Position numbers and translations under genes: made by a program | Shown here: positions 14,972-25,098 of the stretch, piece after piece | Layout: each line of letters starts with the position of its first letter | How positions within the stretch are numbered: the first letter of the stretch is position 1 | Notes under the pieces: generated by a model | Database searches by the model: none | Seen by the model: only the letters and a program-made list of their open reading frames with translations | What the model was told of the DNA's origin: nothing | From: Candidatus Cryptobacteroides faecipullorum | GTDB lineage: Bacteria > Bacteroidota > Bacteroidia > Bacteroidales > UBA932 | Reading direction: 5' to 3' | Assembly (NCBI GenBank): GCA_017694885.1 | Contig: JADIMH010000007.1 | Location: 244 to 64,243, forward strand | DNA: 64,000 nt

Positions 14972-16027
14972 ATGACAATGGATACACAGACATTCATCAC
15001 CAGATACAGGGCCGCTTTCGGTGAGGCGGCACCTCTGCCGCTCGTATTCTTCTACAGCGATGCGCAGACTGCCGGGACAGAGAAGATTCCCGGATGCTTT
15101 CTCAGATATCTGCACCAGGCAATGGACGGGAAACCGGTGTGCCTCGGCACGGAAAACATCACATGCGGAGGAGGGAAATTCTATGCCGGTTTCACTCCGA
15201 TGCCCGACCATGTACCGATTTTCGTATCCCAAAAGGAAAAGTACAAGGAAACTCCGGAACTCATAAAGGAATATCTCGGCACTATGGGCCCAGTCCCGGC
15301 CAATAAAAAATACCTCAACTTCGTCAGAGCGGACCAGGCCGGAAGTTTCGAAGGAATGGAAGGGTTGCTTTTCCTTGCTTCTCCCGATGTCATATCCGGA
15401 CTGTGTGCTTGGGCCTTCTTCGACAGGAACGACCCCGAGACCGTATCTCTCGTTTTCGGTTCAGGATGTTCATCGATAGTAGCAAATGCCGTCAGGGAAA
15501 ACAGGGCAGAAGGGTTCAGGACTTTCATAGGCCTGACCGATCCGTCCGCAAGACAATGGTTCGACAAGGACATTTTCAGTTTCGTGATACCCGCCTGCAG
15601 GTTCAGGACCATGGAACAGACCATGGACCGGTGCTGCTTCAACGACACTGCCGGCTGGAAAAAGATACGGGACAGGATAAACATTGTCCGCAGGACTGTC
15701 CCGGACTGGGCGGAAGAAATGAACTGCGCCATAACGGTATGCGACCGGAACGGGGTGATACTTTATATGAATGCAAAATCAAGGGAAACATACATAAAGC
15801 ACGGAAACCTCATAGGAAAGAACCTGATGGACTGCCACAGCGACAGGTCCAAATCGATCATAAGGGACCTGCTGGAGACCGGCGGCCAGAACGTCTATAC
15901 CATAGAAAAGGACGGCATCCGCAAGATGATATACCAGAGTGCCTGGAAAGAAAACGGTAAAGTCATGGGACTGTGCGAAATATCCGTCATCCTCCCGGAA
16001 GAGATACCTCACTGCAGAAGAGATTAG
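14972..16027 (+). CDS. DUF169-like domain fused to a C-terminal PAS domain
   Basis: The N-terminal roughly 230 aa resemble DUF169 ('PLVFFYSD...PGCFLRYL...CGGGKFYAGF'). The C-terminal roughly 110 aa are PAS-like ('AITVCDRNGVILYMNAKSRE...GKNLMDCH'). Confidence 0.6.
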   Translation: MTMDTQTFITRYRAAFGEAAPLPLVFFYSDAQTAGTEKIPGCFLRYLHQAMDGKPVCLGTENITCGGGKFYAGFTPMPDHVPIFVSQKEKYKETPELIKEYLGTMGPVPANKKYLNFVRADQAGSFEGMEGLLFLASPDVISGLCAWAFFDRNDPETVSLVFGSGCSSIVANAVRENRAEGFRTFIGLTDPSARQWFDKDIFSFVIPACRFRTMEQTMDRCCFNDTAGWKKIRDRINIVRRTVPDWAEEMNCAITVCDRNGVILYMNAKSRETYIKHGNLIGKNLMDCHSDRSKSIIRDLLETGGQNVYTIEKDGIRKMIYQSAWKENGKVMGLCEISVILPEEIPHCRRD

Positions 16028-16095
16028 GAATCTTCCCATATTCTTGGAACGGTATCCGTCCTGCACGATCCGGAACTGTCCTTCCGAAAATACCG

Positions 16096-16126
16096 GCGGA
16101 GCAAAAAATTTGCTCCGCTTTATGCT
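16096..16126 (+). terminator. Rho-independent terminator
   Basis: GCGGAGCAAA (16096-16105) pairs with TTTGCTCCGC (16109-16118), followed by TTTATGCTTTT. Confidence 0.7.
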
Positions 16127-16192
16127 TTTCACTATATTTGGAAGTTACATGGCTTTTCCTGAAAACTATTGAACATAAACCATATAATTTCT

Positions 16193-18805
16193 ATGAAACA
16201 TTTCTTGCCGGCAGCGGTCTGTGCTGCCATCATGTTATCGTCCTGCGGTTCAGGCGACAGTTTCATTTCTGACAAATCCTACAGGAAGACTGTTCTGGAA
16301 GACTACAGCCACAGGGTCGAACTGCTTAACGGCTATGAAGCCACGGCAATAGTCAATGACCCGTCCCTTTCGGCCCGTGAAAAGGAAATACTCCAGTTCC
16401 TGTACGCTTACATGCCATACGGGGACATGATCAATTACAGCGGAGAATATTTCCTGCAGAATGTCAGGCTGAGCGAACAGACACGGGAAACCTTCTCTTG
16501 GGGGAAACAGATTCCTGAAATGCTGTACCGCCATTTCGTCGTGCCTGTCCGTGTCAACAACGAAGATCTGGACGGCGCCCGCGCCGTATTCTTCAAGGAA
16601 CTGGCCCCGAGGGTCAAGGATCTCGGCATGAAAGACGCTATCCTTGAGGTCAACCACTGGTGCCACGAAAAAGTAATCTACACACCTACCGACTCCAGGA
16701 CAAGAGGACCTCTTTCCCTTGTAAGCAGCGGAGCGGGAAGGTGCGGGGAAGAATCCACCTTCCTGGTGACTGCTCTCAGATCGGTCGGCATCCCTGCACG
16801 CCAGGTCTACACTCCGAGATGGGCCCATACCGATGACAACCATGCATGGGTAGAGGCCTGGGCAGACGGCAAGTGGTATTTCCTGGGAGCATGCGAGCCT
16901 GAACCGGTACTGAATCTCGGATGGTTCAACAGCTCGGCCAGCCGCGGAATGCTGATGCATACAAATGTTTTCGGCCGCTACAATGGCCCTGAACAGGTAA
17001 TGAGCAAGTCGGAATTGCTGACGGAAATCAACGTCACGGAAAATTATGCCCCTACAGCTTCTCTCGAAATCACGGTAACCGACCCTGAGGGCAATCCGGT
17101 TCCCGACGCTTTGGTAGAATTCAAGATCTACAACTATTCAGAATTCTATACCGCAGCGAAAAAGACCACGGGAAAGGATGGCAAGACATCGATCATCGCA
17201 GGTTTGGGAGATGCAATGCTCTGGGCAAGCGACGGACAGAGATACGGATTCAGCGTAGCCGACTTCAGAAAAGACAAAAGCGTAACCATAGTCCTCGGGC
17301 ACAAGGCCGGCGACAATTTCCGTGCGGAAGCATTCATCGTCCCTCCTAAGGAAAATGAGCAGCTTCCTCCTGTTACAGAAGAGCAGAGAGCTGAAAATAC
17401 CAGGCGCATGGCTCAGGAAGATTCCATCAGGAACGCATATGTTTCAACTTTCCTGACGGCTGAAGAAGGAAAGGCATTTGCCAAAAAGAACGGACTGGAT
17501 CCGGACAGGACTTCCGTATTTCTGGTCGACTCGAAAGGAAACCACGCCGTGATCGAGGCATTCCTGACTGAAGCAAAAGGAAAAGGAATGGCGGACAAGG
17601 CGCTCGACCTGCTGGACGACATACTGCCTAAAGACTTGAGCGATACTCCGAAGTCTGTCCTCGATGACCATCTTTACAACAGTAAAAGCTCCGCCGGCAA
17701 TATCCTTAACCCGAGAGTACGCATGGAGCTCCTCAGCGAATACAGGGCATACCTGCAGGAAAACATACCTGCAGACCTGGCTGAAAAATTCAGCCAGGAT
17801 CCGCAGAATCTCGTGTCATGGTGCCGTGAAAATCTGTCGATGGCGGACGACTACAGTCTGAGACTGGTTCCTACAAGACCTGTAGGGACATGGAAATCGA
17901 AGGTTTCAGACAAATATTCGCGTGATCTGTTCTTCGTAGCCGCATGCAGGAGCCTGGAAATCCCTGCATGGGTAGATGAAGTAAGCGGCAAAGTGCGCTA
18001 CAGTGCCGGAGGCAAGGAATACGATGTGGATTTCGAGGCTCCTCAACCGCAGCCTGATGACTATGGGACAGTCATTCTGGAATACAAGCCGAACAAGGAT
18101 GTCAAGGAACCGCGCTATTATGTCCATTACAGTATCTCCAGGATAGAAGACGGCAGACTCGTCCTGATGAACTTCGATGATGAAAAAGCGGCAGACAGAC
18201 TGTTCACTTCCGGAGCAAGGCTTGAAGCAGGAGACTACGCCCTGGTAAGCGGCACACGTCTGGACGGAGGGGAAGTGCTTTCCGAAATCAATGTCTTCAC
18301 GGTATCCAAAGACGGGACTGTAAAGGTAGAACTCGTCCTTCCTGAAAAAGTGAACTCTACCGAAATCCTCGGAACCGCAGATCTCCAGGCCTGTTATACA
18401 GCCGCTGACGGGGAAACCCGGACTCTGAAAGACTTCATCGGCACCGACAAATGCGTAGTCGCTGTACTCGGGGCCGGAGAAGAGCCTACCAACCATATCC
18501 TCAACGATATCTCGGTATTCAAACAGGATATTGAAAATACGGGAGCGAAGATGCTGATGCTGTTTGCCGACGAGGACAACGCAAAGCGTTTCAAGGCTAC
18601 CGACTTCCCTAATCTGCCGGAAAACATCGTGCTCGGCACGGACAAGGACGGAGCCGTGAAGGACGCATTGGTAAAAGGTGCGAATTCTGCGAAAGAGGCT
18701 CTTCCTATAGTGGCTGTCGTCGACGGATTCGGAAATATTTCATTCCTTTCCAGCGGTTATATTATAGGTATCGGGGAAAGGCTTCTGAGAGATTTCCAGA
18801 AATAA
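16193..18805 (+). CDS. Transglutaminase-like cysteine protease domain lipoprotein (large, multi-domain)
   Basis: It has lipoprotein signal 'AAIMLSSCGS'. The transglutaminase core is 'GAGRCGEESTFLVTALRSVGIPARQVY...DDNHAWVEAW' (Cys-His-Asp). Confidence 0.8.
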   Translation: MKHFLPAAVCAAIMLSSCGSGDSFISDKSYRKTVLEDYSHRVELLNGYEATAIVNDPSLSAREKEILQFLYAYMPYGDMINYSGEYFLQNVRLSEQTRETFSWGKQIPEMLYRHFVVPVRVNNEDLDGARAVFFKELAPRVKDLGMKDAILEVNHWCHEKVIYTPTDSRTRGPLSLVSSGAGRCGEESTFLVTALRSVGIPARQVYTPRWAHTDDNHAWVEAWADGKWYFLGACEPEPVLNLGWFNSSASRGMLMHTNVFGRYNGPEQVMSKSELLTEINVTENYAPTASLEITVTDPEGNPVPDALVEFKIYNYSEFYTAAKKTTGKDGKTSIIAGLGDAMLWASDGQRYGFSVADFRKDKSVTIVLGHKAGDNFRAEAFIVPPKENEQLPPVTEEQRAENTRRMAQEDSIRNAYVSTFLTAEEGKAFAKKNGLDPDRTSVFLVDSKGNHAVIEAFLTEAKGKGMADKALDLLDDILPKDLSDTPKSVLDDHLYNSKSSAGNILNPRVRMELLSEYRAYLQENIPADLAEKFSQDPQNLVSWCRENLSMADDYSLRLVPTRPVGTWKSKVSDKYSRDLFFVAACRSLEIPAWVDEVSGKVRYSAGGKEYDVDFEAPQPQPDDYGTVILEYKPNKDVKEPRYYVHYSISRIEDGRLVLMNFDDEKAADRLFTSGARLEAGDYALVSGTRLDGGEVLSEINVFTVSKDGTVKVELVLPEKVNSTEILGTADLQACYTAADGETRTLKDFIGTDKCVVAVLGAGEEPTNHILNDISVFKQDIENTGAKMLMLFADEDNAKRFKATDFPNLPENIVLGTDKDGAVKDALVKGANSAKEALPIVAVVDGFGNISFLSSGYIIGIGERLLRDFQK

Positions 18806-18819
18806 CAGGGTTTTATGCA

Positions 18820-18863
18820 AAGACATTTGAGGGCGTCCGGATCCGGATGCCCTCAAATGTCTT
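18820..18863 (+). terminator. Long perfect hairpin after the transglutaminase gene
   Basis: AAGACATTTGAGGGC (18820-18834) pairs with GCCCTCAAATGTCTT (18849-18863) as a 15-bp stem. The following T run is weak. Confidence 0.55.
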
Positions 18864-18961
18864 TCCGCGAAAGAGCTGCCTCCGGCCATGCCGGTCATCT
18901 TTTCAGATTAAACCATAAAACGCGACATGTGTCTTATATAGCGGTTTTTAAATTTATCATT

Positions 18962-19513
18962 ATGAACATATTGTCAAAAATCATCCTTTCTACGGCCGTT
19001 ATATCGGCTGGATCTTTCAGTTCTTTTGCACAGCCCGGACCTGAAGGCACTAAAAAATCACCGGAAGAATTCATCTCAGAACATGCAGGACACATAGCGG
19101 ACGAGCTTGCCCTGGATGACAGTACCAGAGAAAAGTTCATAGGGACTTTCTGCAGATTCCACGAAGAAATGCACAGGCTCCTGAATGTACCGGATAAAAA
19201 CAACCGTCCGGGTGACGTGCGGGCTCAGGAAAAAAGTTCCTTGAGCGATAAAGAAATAGATCGGAAAATCCGCGACAGATTCGAACGCCGGCAAAAAATC
19301 CTTGACCTGCAGGTAAGATATTATGACGAATACAGAAAATTCCTGAACCCGAGACAGGTCCAGAAAGTTTACGAAATGCAGCATATGCACAGGGATTTCA
19401 ATCCAGGATTCCGCGGGTGTTGCGATCCGTCCATGCACAAAGGACCGCGCCATGACATCCGGCACCATACCGGACATGGCCCGGTACTCAGACACTCCGG
19501 ACCGGCCCTATAG
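18962..19513 (+). CDS. Secreted hypothetical protein (helical, charged)
   Basis: It has signal peptide 'MNILSKIILSTAVISAGSFSSFAQ'. No enzyme motif is recognisable. The start is set at the first ATG after the hairpin. Confidence 0.55.
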   Translation: MNILSKIILSTAVISAGSFSSFAQPGPEGTKKSPEEFISEHAGHIADELALDDSTREKFIGTFCRFHEEMHRLLNVPDKNNRPGDVRAQEKSSLSDKEIDRKIRDRFERRQKILDLQVRYYDEYRKFLNPRQVQKVYEMQHMHRDFNPGFRGCCDPSMHKGPRHDIRHHTGHGPVLRHSGPAL

Positions 19514-19514
19514 G

Positions 19515-20516
19515 CTATCCGTCATGACGCAGCGTAAATACGGTGATTTCCGCTTTCACGCCTATGCGCGCAGGAAACAGGGTCGTGCCTAATCCGTCAT
19601 TTACATAAAGCTGCTGCTTTCCATAAGCGGTCTCTTCGGTATAGAGGCCGCTGTTTTCTTTAAATACCAGACGGCTTGGTTCAAGGCCGAACAGCCTGAA
19701 CTGTGCATTGTGCGTATGTCCGGATAGAGTCAGGCAGATATCTTCCTTTCCGAGCACTTCCGCGCGCCAGTGCGTAGGATCGTGCGAGACAAGTATCCTG
19801 AATGTACCTTTCACCCCTTTCAAGGCTTTTTCCAGATCTCCATGCGTTTCGAACTGTTTCATGGAGGAAATGTTCTCGACACCGATCACCGACACGGTAT
19901 CCCGGGACTGTCCGGCAATGCTGCGGCGGACTATATCGACATGCGCGTTATCCAGCAGTACCCATCCCAGAGCCCTCTCTTTTGCCCGGACAGAATCTAT
20001 GGCCGCGACACGTTCCTTTTCGGATTCCCATTTATTATAAGGGCAGTAGTCATGATTCCCCATAACGGAAACGATACCGTCTTTGGCCTTCAGGCCTTTC
20101 AGAATATCCGCAAACGGAGTTATCTCATCCGGATGCACCGTTACGAGATCTCCGCTGAAGACTATAAGATCCGGATTTTCAGCATTTACCCTGTCGATTA
20201 TCCCCGACAGCACTTCCGGCCTGTCCCTGAACGAACGCAGGTGCATGTCGGATATCTGGACGATCCTATACCCGTCGAACGAGGCCGGTATCCTGTCGGA
20301 TACTATCTCCGGATAATTCACTTCCAGGGAATTGCGCCAGAAAAGATAACCCGGCAGGACAAGTGCCGGAGGAAGGAGGAGAGCCCACAGTCCGTTTACG
20401 AATACCGCATGGAAACTTGCTCCGAACGCAGCTGAAATACCGGCTGCGGCAAGAAGGACCAGCAGGATAAGCACGCTTGCGAAGGCCAATGCCGTCACTA
20501 CGAAAATGATTTCCAT
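19515..20516 (-). CDS. Membrane-anchored metallophosphoesterase
   Basis: It carries the calcineurin-like motifs 'ISDMHL', 'FSGDLV', 'GNHD' and 'SGHTH', plus N-terminal TM helices. Confidence 0.85.
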   Translation of the reverse strand: MEIIFVVTALAFASVLILLVLLAAAGISAAFGASFHAVFVNGLWALLLPPALVLPGYLFWRNSLEVNYPEIVSDRIPASFDGYRIVQISDMHLRSFRDRPEVLSGIIDRVNAENPDLIVFSGDLVTVHPDEITPFADILKGLKAKDGIVSVMGNHDYCPYNKWESEKERVAAIDSVRAKERALGWVLLDNAHVDIVRRSIAGQSRDTVSVIGVENISSMKQFETHGDLEKALKGVKGTFRILVSHDPTHWRAEVLGKEDICLTLSGHTHNAQFRLFGLEPSRLVFKENSGLYTEETAYGKQQLYVNDGLGTTLFPARIGVKAEITVFTLRHDG

Positions 20517-20550
20517 TTCAGATTCTTTGCATATATTACATTAACGGGTG

Positions 20551-20558
20551 CAAATTTA
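20551..20558 (-). promoter_or_regulatory. -7 promoter box (TAAATTTG on the minus strand) for the metallophosphoesterase gene
   Basis: CAAATTTA on the plus strand lies 35 nt upstream of the start at 20516. Confidence 0.4.
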
Positions 20559-20603
20559 ATCAACTTCTGATTTTCCGGAATTTCAATTATATCCGAATAT
20601 TGC

Positions 20604-20611
20604 TATTTTTG
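20604..20611 (+). promoter_or_regulatory. -7 promoter box (TATTTTTG) for the rhodanese gene
   Basis: It matches TAnnTTTG and lies 22 nt upstream of the ATG at 20633. Confidence 0.4.
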
Positions 20612-20632
20612 CTGCCGGAAAATTATCATCAT

Positions 20633-21028
20633 ATGGGAAAAATTTTCGGAACGCTGCTGATATCCATAATAGCCGTCCTGTACGGGTGCGGCCCTGGAAA
20701 GGATATCATATCCGTGGACAATGAAGAATTTGCCGGTACTGTCTCCGATACGGCGACCGTGATACTCATAGACGTAAGGACTCCGGAGGAGTACGCTGCA
20801 GGACATATACCGGGTGCCGTGAATATCGATGTAAAATCACCGGATTTCAAGGACAGGATATCGTCTCTCGATAAAAGCAAGACAGCAGCCGTCTACTGCA
20901 GAAGCGGTGTCAGGAGCATGAATGCTGCAAAGATACTTGCAGGCAACGGATTCAAGGTCTGCAATCTGCAAAACGGCATTTTGGGCTGGGACGGTCCTGT
21001 TACGGGAGCATGCCCTGACGAAAAATAG
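20633..21028 (+). CDS. Rhodanese-like sulfurtransferase domain lipoprotein
   Basis: It has the active-site loop 'YCRSGVRS' and an N-terminal 'AVLYGCG' lipobox-like signal. Confidence 0.8.
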   Translation: MGKIFGTLLISIIAVLYGCGPGKDIISVDNEEFAGTVSDTATVILIDVRTPEEYAAGHIPGAVNIDVKSPDFKDRISSLDKSKTAAVYCRSGVRSMNAAKILAGNGFKVCNLQNGILGWDGPVTGACPDEK

Positions 21029-21059
21029 ACGCGATAGGGCCGGGAAGCCGATCTTTCAT

Positions 21060-21683
21060 ATGGCAAAACAACTGATGAATTCTGATAACATTATGGAAAC
21101 AAAAGACATAGAATATCTCGACCGTTACGAGGCATCTTTGGTGGATGAGCTCGTCGGGCTTTGCACTTCATTCGGTCTTCTGGACGGCGAGCTGCTGGCT
21201 TCGGATGACATAGACGGGAAATGGAAAGAATTCGCCCCCGAGTACATGGCGGAAGCCGTTCCGAACCTCAACCCGTTCCCTGAAGCGGCCATCGGCTGGG
21301 CCGGCTATATCGGAATGGCAGTAGCCAAATGGTGGGATCTGGACTGGGGAAGGCACCACAGTGAAAAGTACGAAGCCCTGCACGGACCGCGCGGTTTCGA
21401 TGACATGGACGACCATATAATGCAGGATATACTCGGATACGGACCAGGCTCCACGGAAGCAGGAGTAATAACACGGCTGCTGCTGGCCTGCACCCGGCAG
21501 GCTATTTCCAGAATCAGGCACGAGCACATCGAAAGCCAGAGTGTCATGGCTTTCCACATATTCGCCAGATCTGCCAGGGCAATGTTCCGTACCGGTGCGG
21601 CCATACAGCTCAGGAAAGACGGGTACAAGTTCCGGAAAGTCACTTTGAACACTGTGGACAGGAACGGCCGTCCGGTATCATAA
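21060..21683 (+). CDS. Hypothetical protein
   Basis: This 207-aa ORF has coding-like composition and no recognisable motif. The start is set after the rhodanese stop. Confidence 0.5.
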   Translation: MAKQLMNSDNIMETKDIEYLDRYEASLVDELVGLCTSFGLLDGELLASDDIDGKWKEFAPEYMAEAVPNLNPFPEAAIGWAGYIGMAVAKWWDLDWGRHHSEKYEALHGPRGFDDMDDHIMQDILGYGPGSTEAGVITRLLLACTRQAISRIRHEHIESQSVMAFHIFARSARAMFRTGAAIQLRKDGYKFRKVTLNTVDRNGRPVS

Positions 21684-21704
21684 TCCCATTTTCAGGACTT
21701 TGAG

Positions 21705-22739
21705 ATGAAAGTGTTTCCAAGTGCCGTATTCGCGTTAATGTATATTTTGTCTTTCCAATATGTTTCTGCCGCGCAGCTCCAGGCTAACCGGAATGAAGAA
21801 AGGACCGGGCGGACAAAAGCGGAAATACGAAGGATAATCAGAAATACAAAGGCAGAAGCAGGAGTGGCCGTTGTGGCTTGCACTCCGGCCTGCAATTCCG
21901 GTCATCCCATGTTGGTTCGGATCAACGACAGGAAAAGATACCCTCTTATGAGCGTTATGAAGATGCACCAGGCATTATGGGTTACGGATTCGCTCAGCAG
22001 GGCAGGACTGCCGTTGGAAACCTGTATCGACATAACCGGAGATGACCTGAAAAGCGGCACCTACAGTCCTTTGAGGGACAGCCTGACGGCAGCGTGGAAC
22101 GATACAGGATGCGGAACTCGAGGGAACGGCTTTTCTTGCAGGATTCCTGTCAGGACCCTGCTCCGCTATACTCTCCAGCTGAGCGACAACAATGCCTGTG
22201 ACATTCTCTTCCGTCATTTCTCGGGCCCGTCCGCTACAGATACATACATCAGGGGACTCGGCATCAAAGGTTTTTCCGTCAAGGTGACTGAAGACCAGAT
22301 GCATCAGGATCCCGGGCTGTGCCGGAAAAACTGGAGCAGACCTTCTTCCGCCGCAAGGCTGCTGTGGATGATGGTATCGGCAGACAAGGATAGCCCGGGA
22401 TGCCGGTCCGATACAGCGTTGCCATCCCGCCTTGCAGGAAACCGCTATTTGGACTTTATCCTCCGAACCATGATGGAGTGTACTACGGGGCAGGACCGCC
22501 TTGCGGCACCGCTCTCCGGAACTGATGCCTTGATAGGACATAAGACCGGTACGGGAGATACCGATGGCAGGGGCAGGATAATCGGCCTGAACGATATTGG
22601 GTTTATCGTGCTCCCGGACGGAAGAGTGTATGCGATTGCCGTTTTCGTCAGAAACTCGGAAGAAACGCCTGCCAGGACAGCCAGGATCATTGCTGACATT
22701 TCGGAAACTGTCTACCGGCAGATGATCCGGAACCGCTGA
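21705..22739 (+). CDS. Class A beta-lactamase
   Basis: It has a signal peptide and the class A triad of motifs: S-x-x-K ('SVMK'), 'SDN' ('QLSDNNACD') and 'KTG' ('GHKTGTGD'). Confidence 0.8.
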   Translation: MKVFPSAVFALMYILSFQYVSAAQLQANRNEERTGRTKAEIRRIIRNTKAEAGVAVVACTPACNSGHPMLVRINDRKRYPLMSVMKMHQALWVTDSLSRAGLPLETCIDITGDDLKSGTYSPLRDSLTAAWNDTGCGTRGNGFSCRIPVRTLLRYTLQLSDNNACDILFRHFSGPSATDTYIRGLGIKGFSVKVTEDQMHQDPGLCRKNWSRPSSAARLLWMMVSADKDSPGCRSDTALPSRLAGNRYLDFILRTMMECTTGQDRLAAPLSGTDALIGHKTGTGDTDGRGRIIGLNDIGFIVLPDGRVYAIAVFVRNSEETPARTARIIADISETVYRQMIRNR

Positions 22740-23765
22740 TTACAGTAAGGCTATCAGTTCCCTGACATCTTCCTCCCGTGTAGCCCAGCTCGTTACAAAA
22801 CGGGCGACGACATGGGACTGATCCAGCCTCTGCCATATGCTGAAGGTGGCATTCTGTCTCAGACGGACAAGGGCACCGCTATCGAGAACCGGAAAAACCT
22901 GATTGGTCTGCGGTGGAGTAAAGAAAACGTAACCCTTTGATTTCAGAGCATCTGTCAGAAGTCCAGCCATACGGATCGCATGTCTTGAAATTTCCAGATA
23001 CAGTCCATCGGAAAAGAGCGCTCCGAACTGCACTCCGAGCAGGCGTCCCTTTGCCAGCAGTGCACCCTGACGTTTTATGTGCGTTATCATCTGCCTGAGC
23101 GCTACCGGTGCGGTTATCACCAATGCTTCTCCGAAAAGAGCGCCTGCCTTGGTACCCCCGATATAGAACATGTCGCAAAGCGAGGCTATATCTTCGAGAT
23201 TCACATCCGAATCCGGGGCGGCGAGCCCGTACCCGAGTCTGGCACCGTCCATATAAAGGGGCAGACCGTACCTGCGGCATACGTCTGAAAGAGCCCTGAG
23301 CTCTGACAATGAATACAATGTCCCGTATTCCGTAGGATGCGAAATATACACCATCCCAGGACAGACCATATGTCCGGCACTTTCATCTGCAAGGAATCCA
23401 GACATGTACCGGTCGAGGACATCTGCCTGCAGTCTGCCGTCAGTATGCGGAAGTCCGAGGACCTTATGCCCTGTAGCCTCTATGGCTCCCGCCTCATGCT
23501 GGTTGATGTGTCCTGTGTCGGCTGCGACTACTCCTTCATACGGTTTCAGTACGGCTGAAACCGCAATGGCATTGGTCTGGGTGCCTCCTACCAGGAAATA
23601 GACTTCAGCCTCCGGACAGGTGCATGCCTTCCTTATCAGGTCTCTTGCCTGGCTGCAATAGGAGTCTTCTGTATATCCCGGAGTGCTTTCCAGGTTGGTC
23701 TTCACCAGACGCTCCATCACAGCAGGATGTGCGCCTTCCATGTAATCCGAATCAAAATGAAGCAT
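22740..23765 (-). CDS. PLP-dependent low-specificity threonine aldolase family protein
   Basis: It has 'FDSDY..GAHP' at the N-terminus and a 'GGTKAGALFGEA' lysine region. Its length is typical of the beta-eliminating lyase/threonine aldolase family. Confidence 0.7.
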   Translation of the reverse strand: MLHFDSDYMEGAHPAVMERLVKTNLESTPGYTEDSYCSQARDLIRKACTCPEAEVYFLVGGTQTNAIAVSAVLKPYEGVVAADTGHINQHEAGAIEATGHKVLGLPHTDGRLQADVLDRYMSGFLADESAGHMVCPGMVYISHPTEYGTLYSLSELRALSDVCRRYGLPLYMDGARLGYGLAAPDSDVNLEDIASLCDMFYIGGTKAGALFGEALVITAPVALRQMITHIKRQGALLAKGRLLGVQFGALFSDGLYLEISRHAIRMAGLLTDALKSKGYVFFTPPQTNQVFPVLDSGALVRLRQNATFSIWQRLDQSHVVARFVTSWATREEDVRELIALL

Positions 23766-23794
23766 ATGACAATTCTTATCTGAAATCGCTGTTT

Positions 23795-24436
23795 CTATTT
23801 AATAGTCACTGACGTTATTCCTGCAGGACCGGAAGTCCAGGTGCAGCGCAAGGCAAACATATCATCGAGATCCTGCCGGAGTGCATTTTTCAGAATGCCG
23901 TCCCCTACCCCGTGGATGAATGTTATCCTCATTCCGGGATGCCTGAGACTCTCGCGCATCACCTTGCGGAAGTACTCCAGCTGAAAGCCGAGCCTGTTCC
24001 CTGCGGGAACGCTTCTGCCCCCGGGAATGGACTCAATGTGAAGATCGACCGTAAGGCGGGCCGAGTAGCCGGGTCTGACCCGTCCCTGGAATCTGCCGGA
24101 GGAAGTTCCTGAAACCGGTCCCCTTTCCAACGACCTGACCATGAGTTCCTCTTCCCCGGCATCTGCGATTGCCACTTCACAGTAATCTGCATCTATCACC
24201 AGGCCTTCTTCGATTTCGACTTTCAGGGTCTTACCGGCAGATACGATTTTCCCGTGAATATCAAAGTCCATCAGAATGACCCGCAGGCCCGGACGGAACT
24301 GCGAGCAATCCGATACTGAGGACCGGCCGGAAGATACATCTGGCGCTTCCGTGCCGGAAAGCAGTTTCCCCAACTTGCTGAAATCGCTTATGCTTTTGCC
24401 TTTCCCCATCGAATGCCGGTTGTTTCCGTTCCTCAA
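23795..24436 (-). CDS. Smr-domain protein
   Basis: The C-terminal Smr block is 'ITFIHGVGDGILKNALRQDL'. Confidence 0.65.
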   Translation of the reverse strand: MRNGNNRHSMGKGKSISDFSKLGKLLSGTEAPDVSSGRSSVSDCSQFRPGLRVILMDFDIHGKIVSAGKTLKVEIEEGLVIDADYCEVAIADAGEEELMVRSLERGPVSGTSSGRFQGRVRPGYSARLTVDLHIESIPGGRSVPAGNRLGFQLEYFRKVMRESLRHPGMRITFIHGVGDGILKNALRQDLDDMFALRCTWTSGPAGITSVTIK

Positions 24437-24439
24437 CTT

Positions 24440-24862
24440 CTAATCAAGCTTCCTGATGACCTTCACAAAGGTCTCTGGCAAGACCACATTCGGCATTTTC
24501 AGAGCATCGGCAAACAGAGGGGCGATTTCCTCGTCCCTGAATCCTGCTATTCCGCATCCTATCCTTGTCACGAGAAATGTCAGTTCCTGATGTCTCCGGG
24601 CGAAATCCACGAACTCTTCCACATAAGGCCGGACCGTTTCCACTCCGCCCTGCATCGTAGGAATCGCATAGGACCGCCCCTGCAGTCCGACTCCCTGTCC
24701 CGGGACAGCACCGAATTTTTCAAGAGCTATACGTGCGGCTCCTCCGCCATGTACCCCGGCCAGATTACTGCCGAATACGAAAATCTCACCAGGCTCAAGT
24801 TCAGTTATCCACTCTGGCGTAAACCTCTGTTCCATAATTATTTTCCTTAAAGTAAAGGCCAC
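24440..24862 (-). CDS. Conserved hypothetical protein (the true start may be the ATG at 24835)
   Basis: The block 'EIFVFGSNLAGVHGGGAA...GRSYAIPT' recalls a small family seen in bacterial and phage genomes. No function is assigned. Confidence 0.5.
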   Translation of the reverse strand: MAFTLRKIIMEQRFTPEWITELEPGEIFVFGSNLAGVHGGGAARIALEKFGAVPGQGVGLQGRSYAIPTMQGGVETVRPYVEEFVDFARRHQELTFLVTRIGCGIAGFRDEEIAPLFADALKMPNVVLPETFVKVIRKLD

Positions 24863-24903
24863 TATGCAAATACTTGGCGCCTCTTATCCGGTTATCCGGT
24901 CGA

Positions 24904-24911
24904 CAAAGATA
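24904..24911 (-). promoter_or_regulatory. -7 promoter box (TATCTTTG on the minus strand)
   Basis: CAAAGATA on the plus strand lies about 42 nt upstream of 24862. Confidence 0.4.
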
Positions 24912-25098
24912 CTAAAAGACAACTATTTCTGCGCCCCTTCCTGACATGACAGCACTTTTCCGGTCCGTTTCTGCTCACTGCCGCTGCACTGCCTGCTCCC
25001 CGCCCTGCTGCAGCCTGCCGGCATCCGGCATCCGGCCTGAATGAAGGAGCCCCGCCGTTCAGGTTACTGCCTGCCGCCAAAAAATCAGCAGGGACGCT

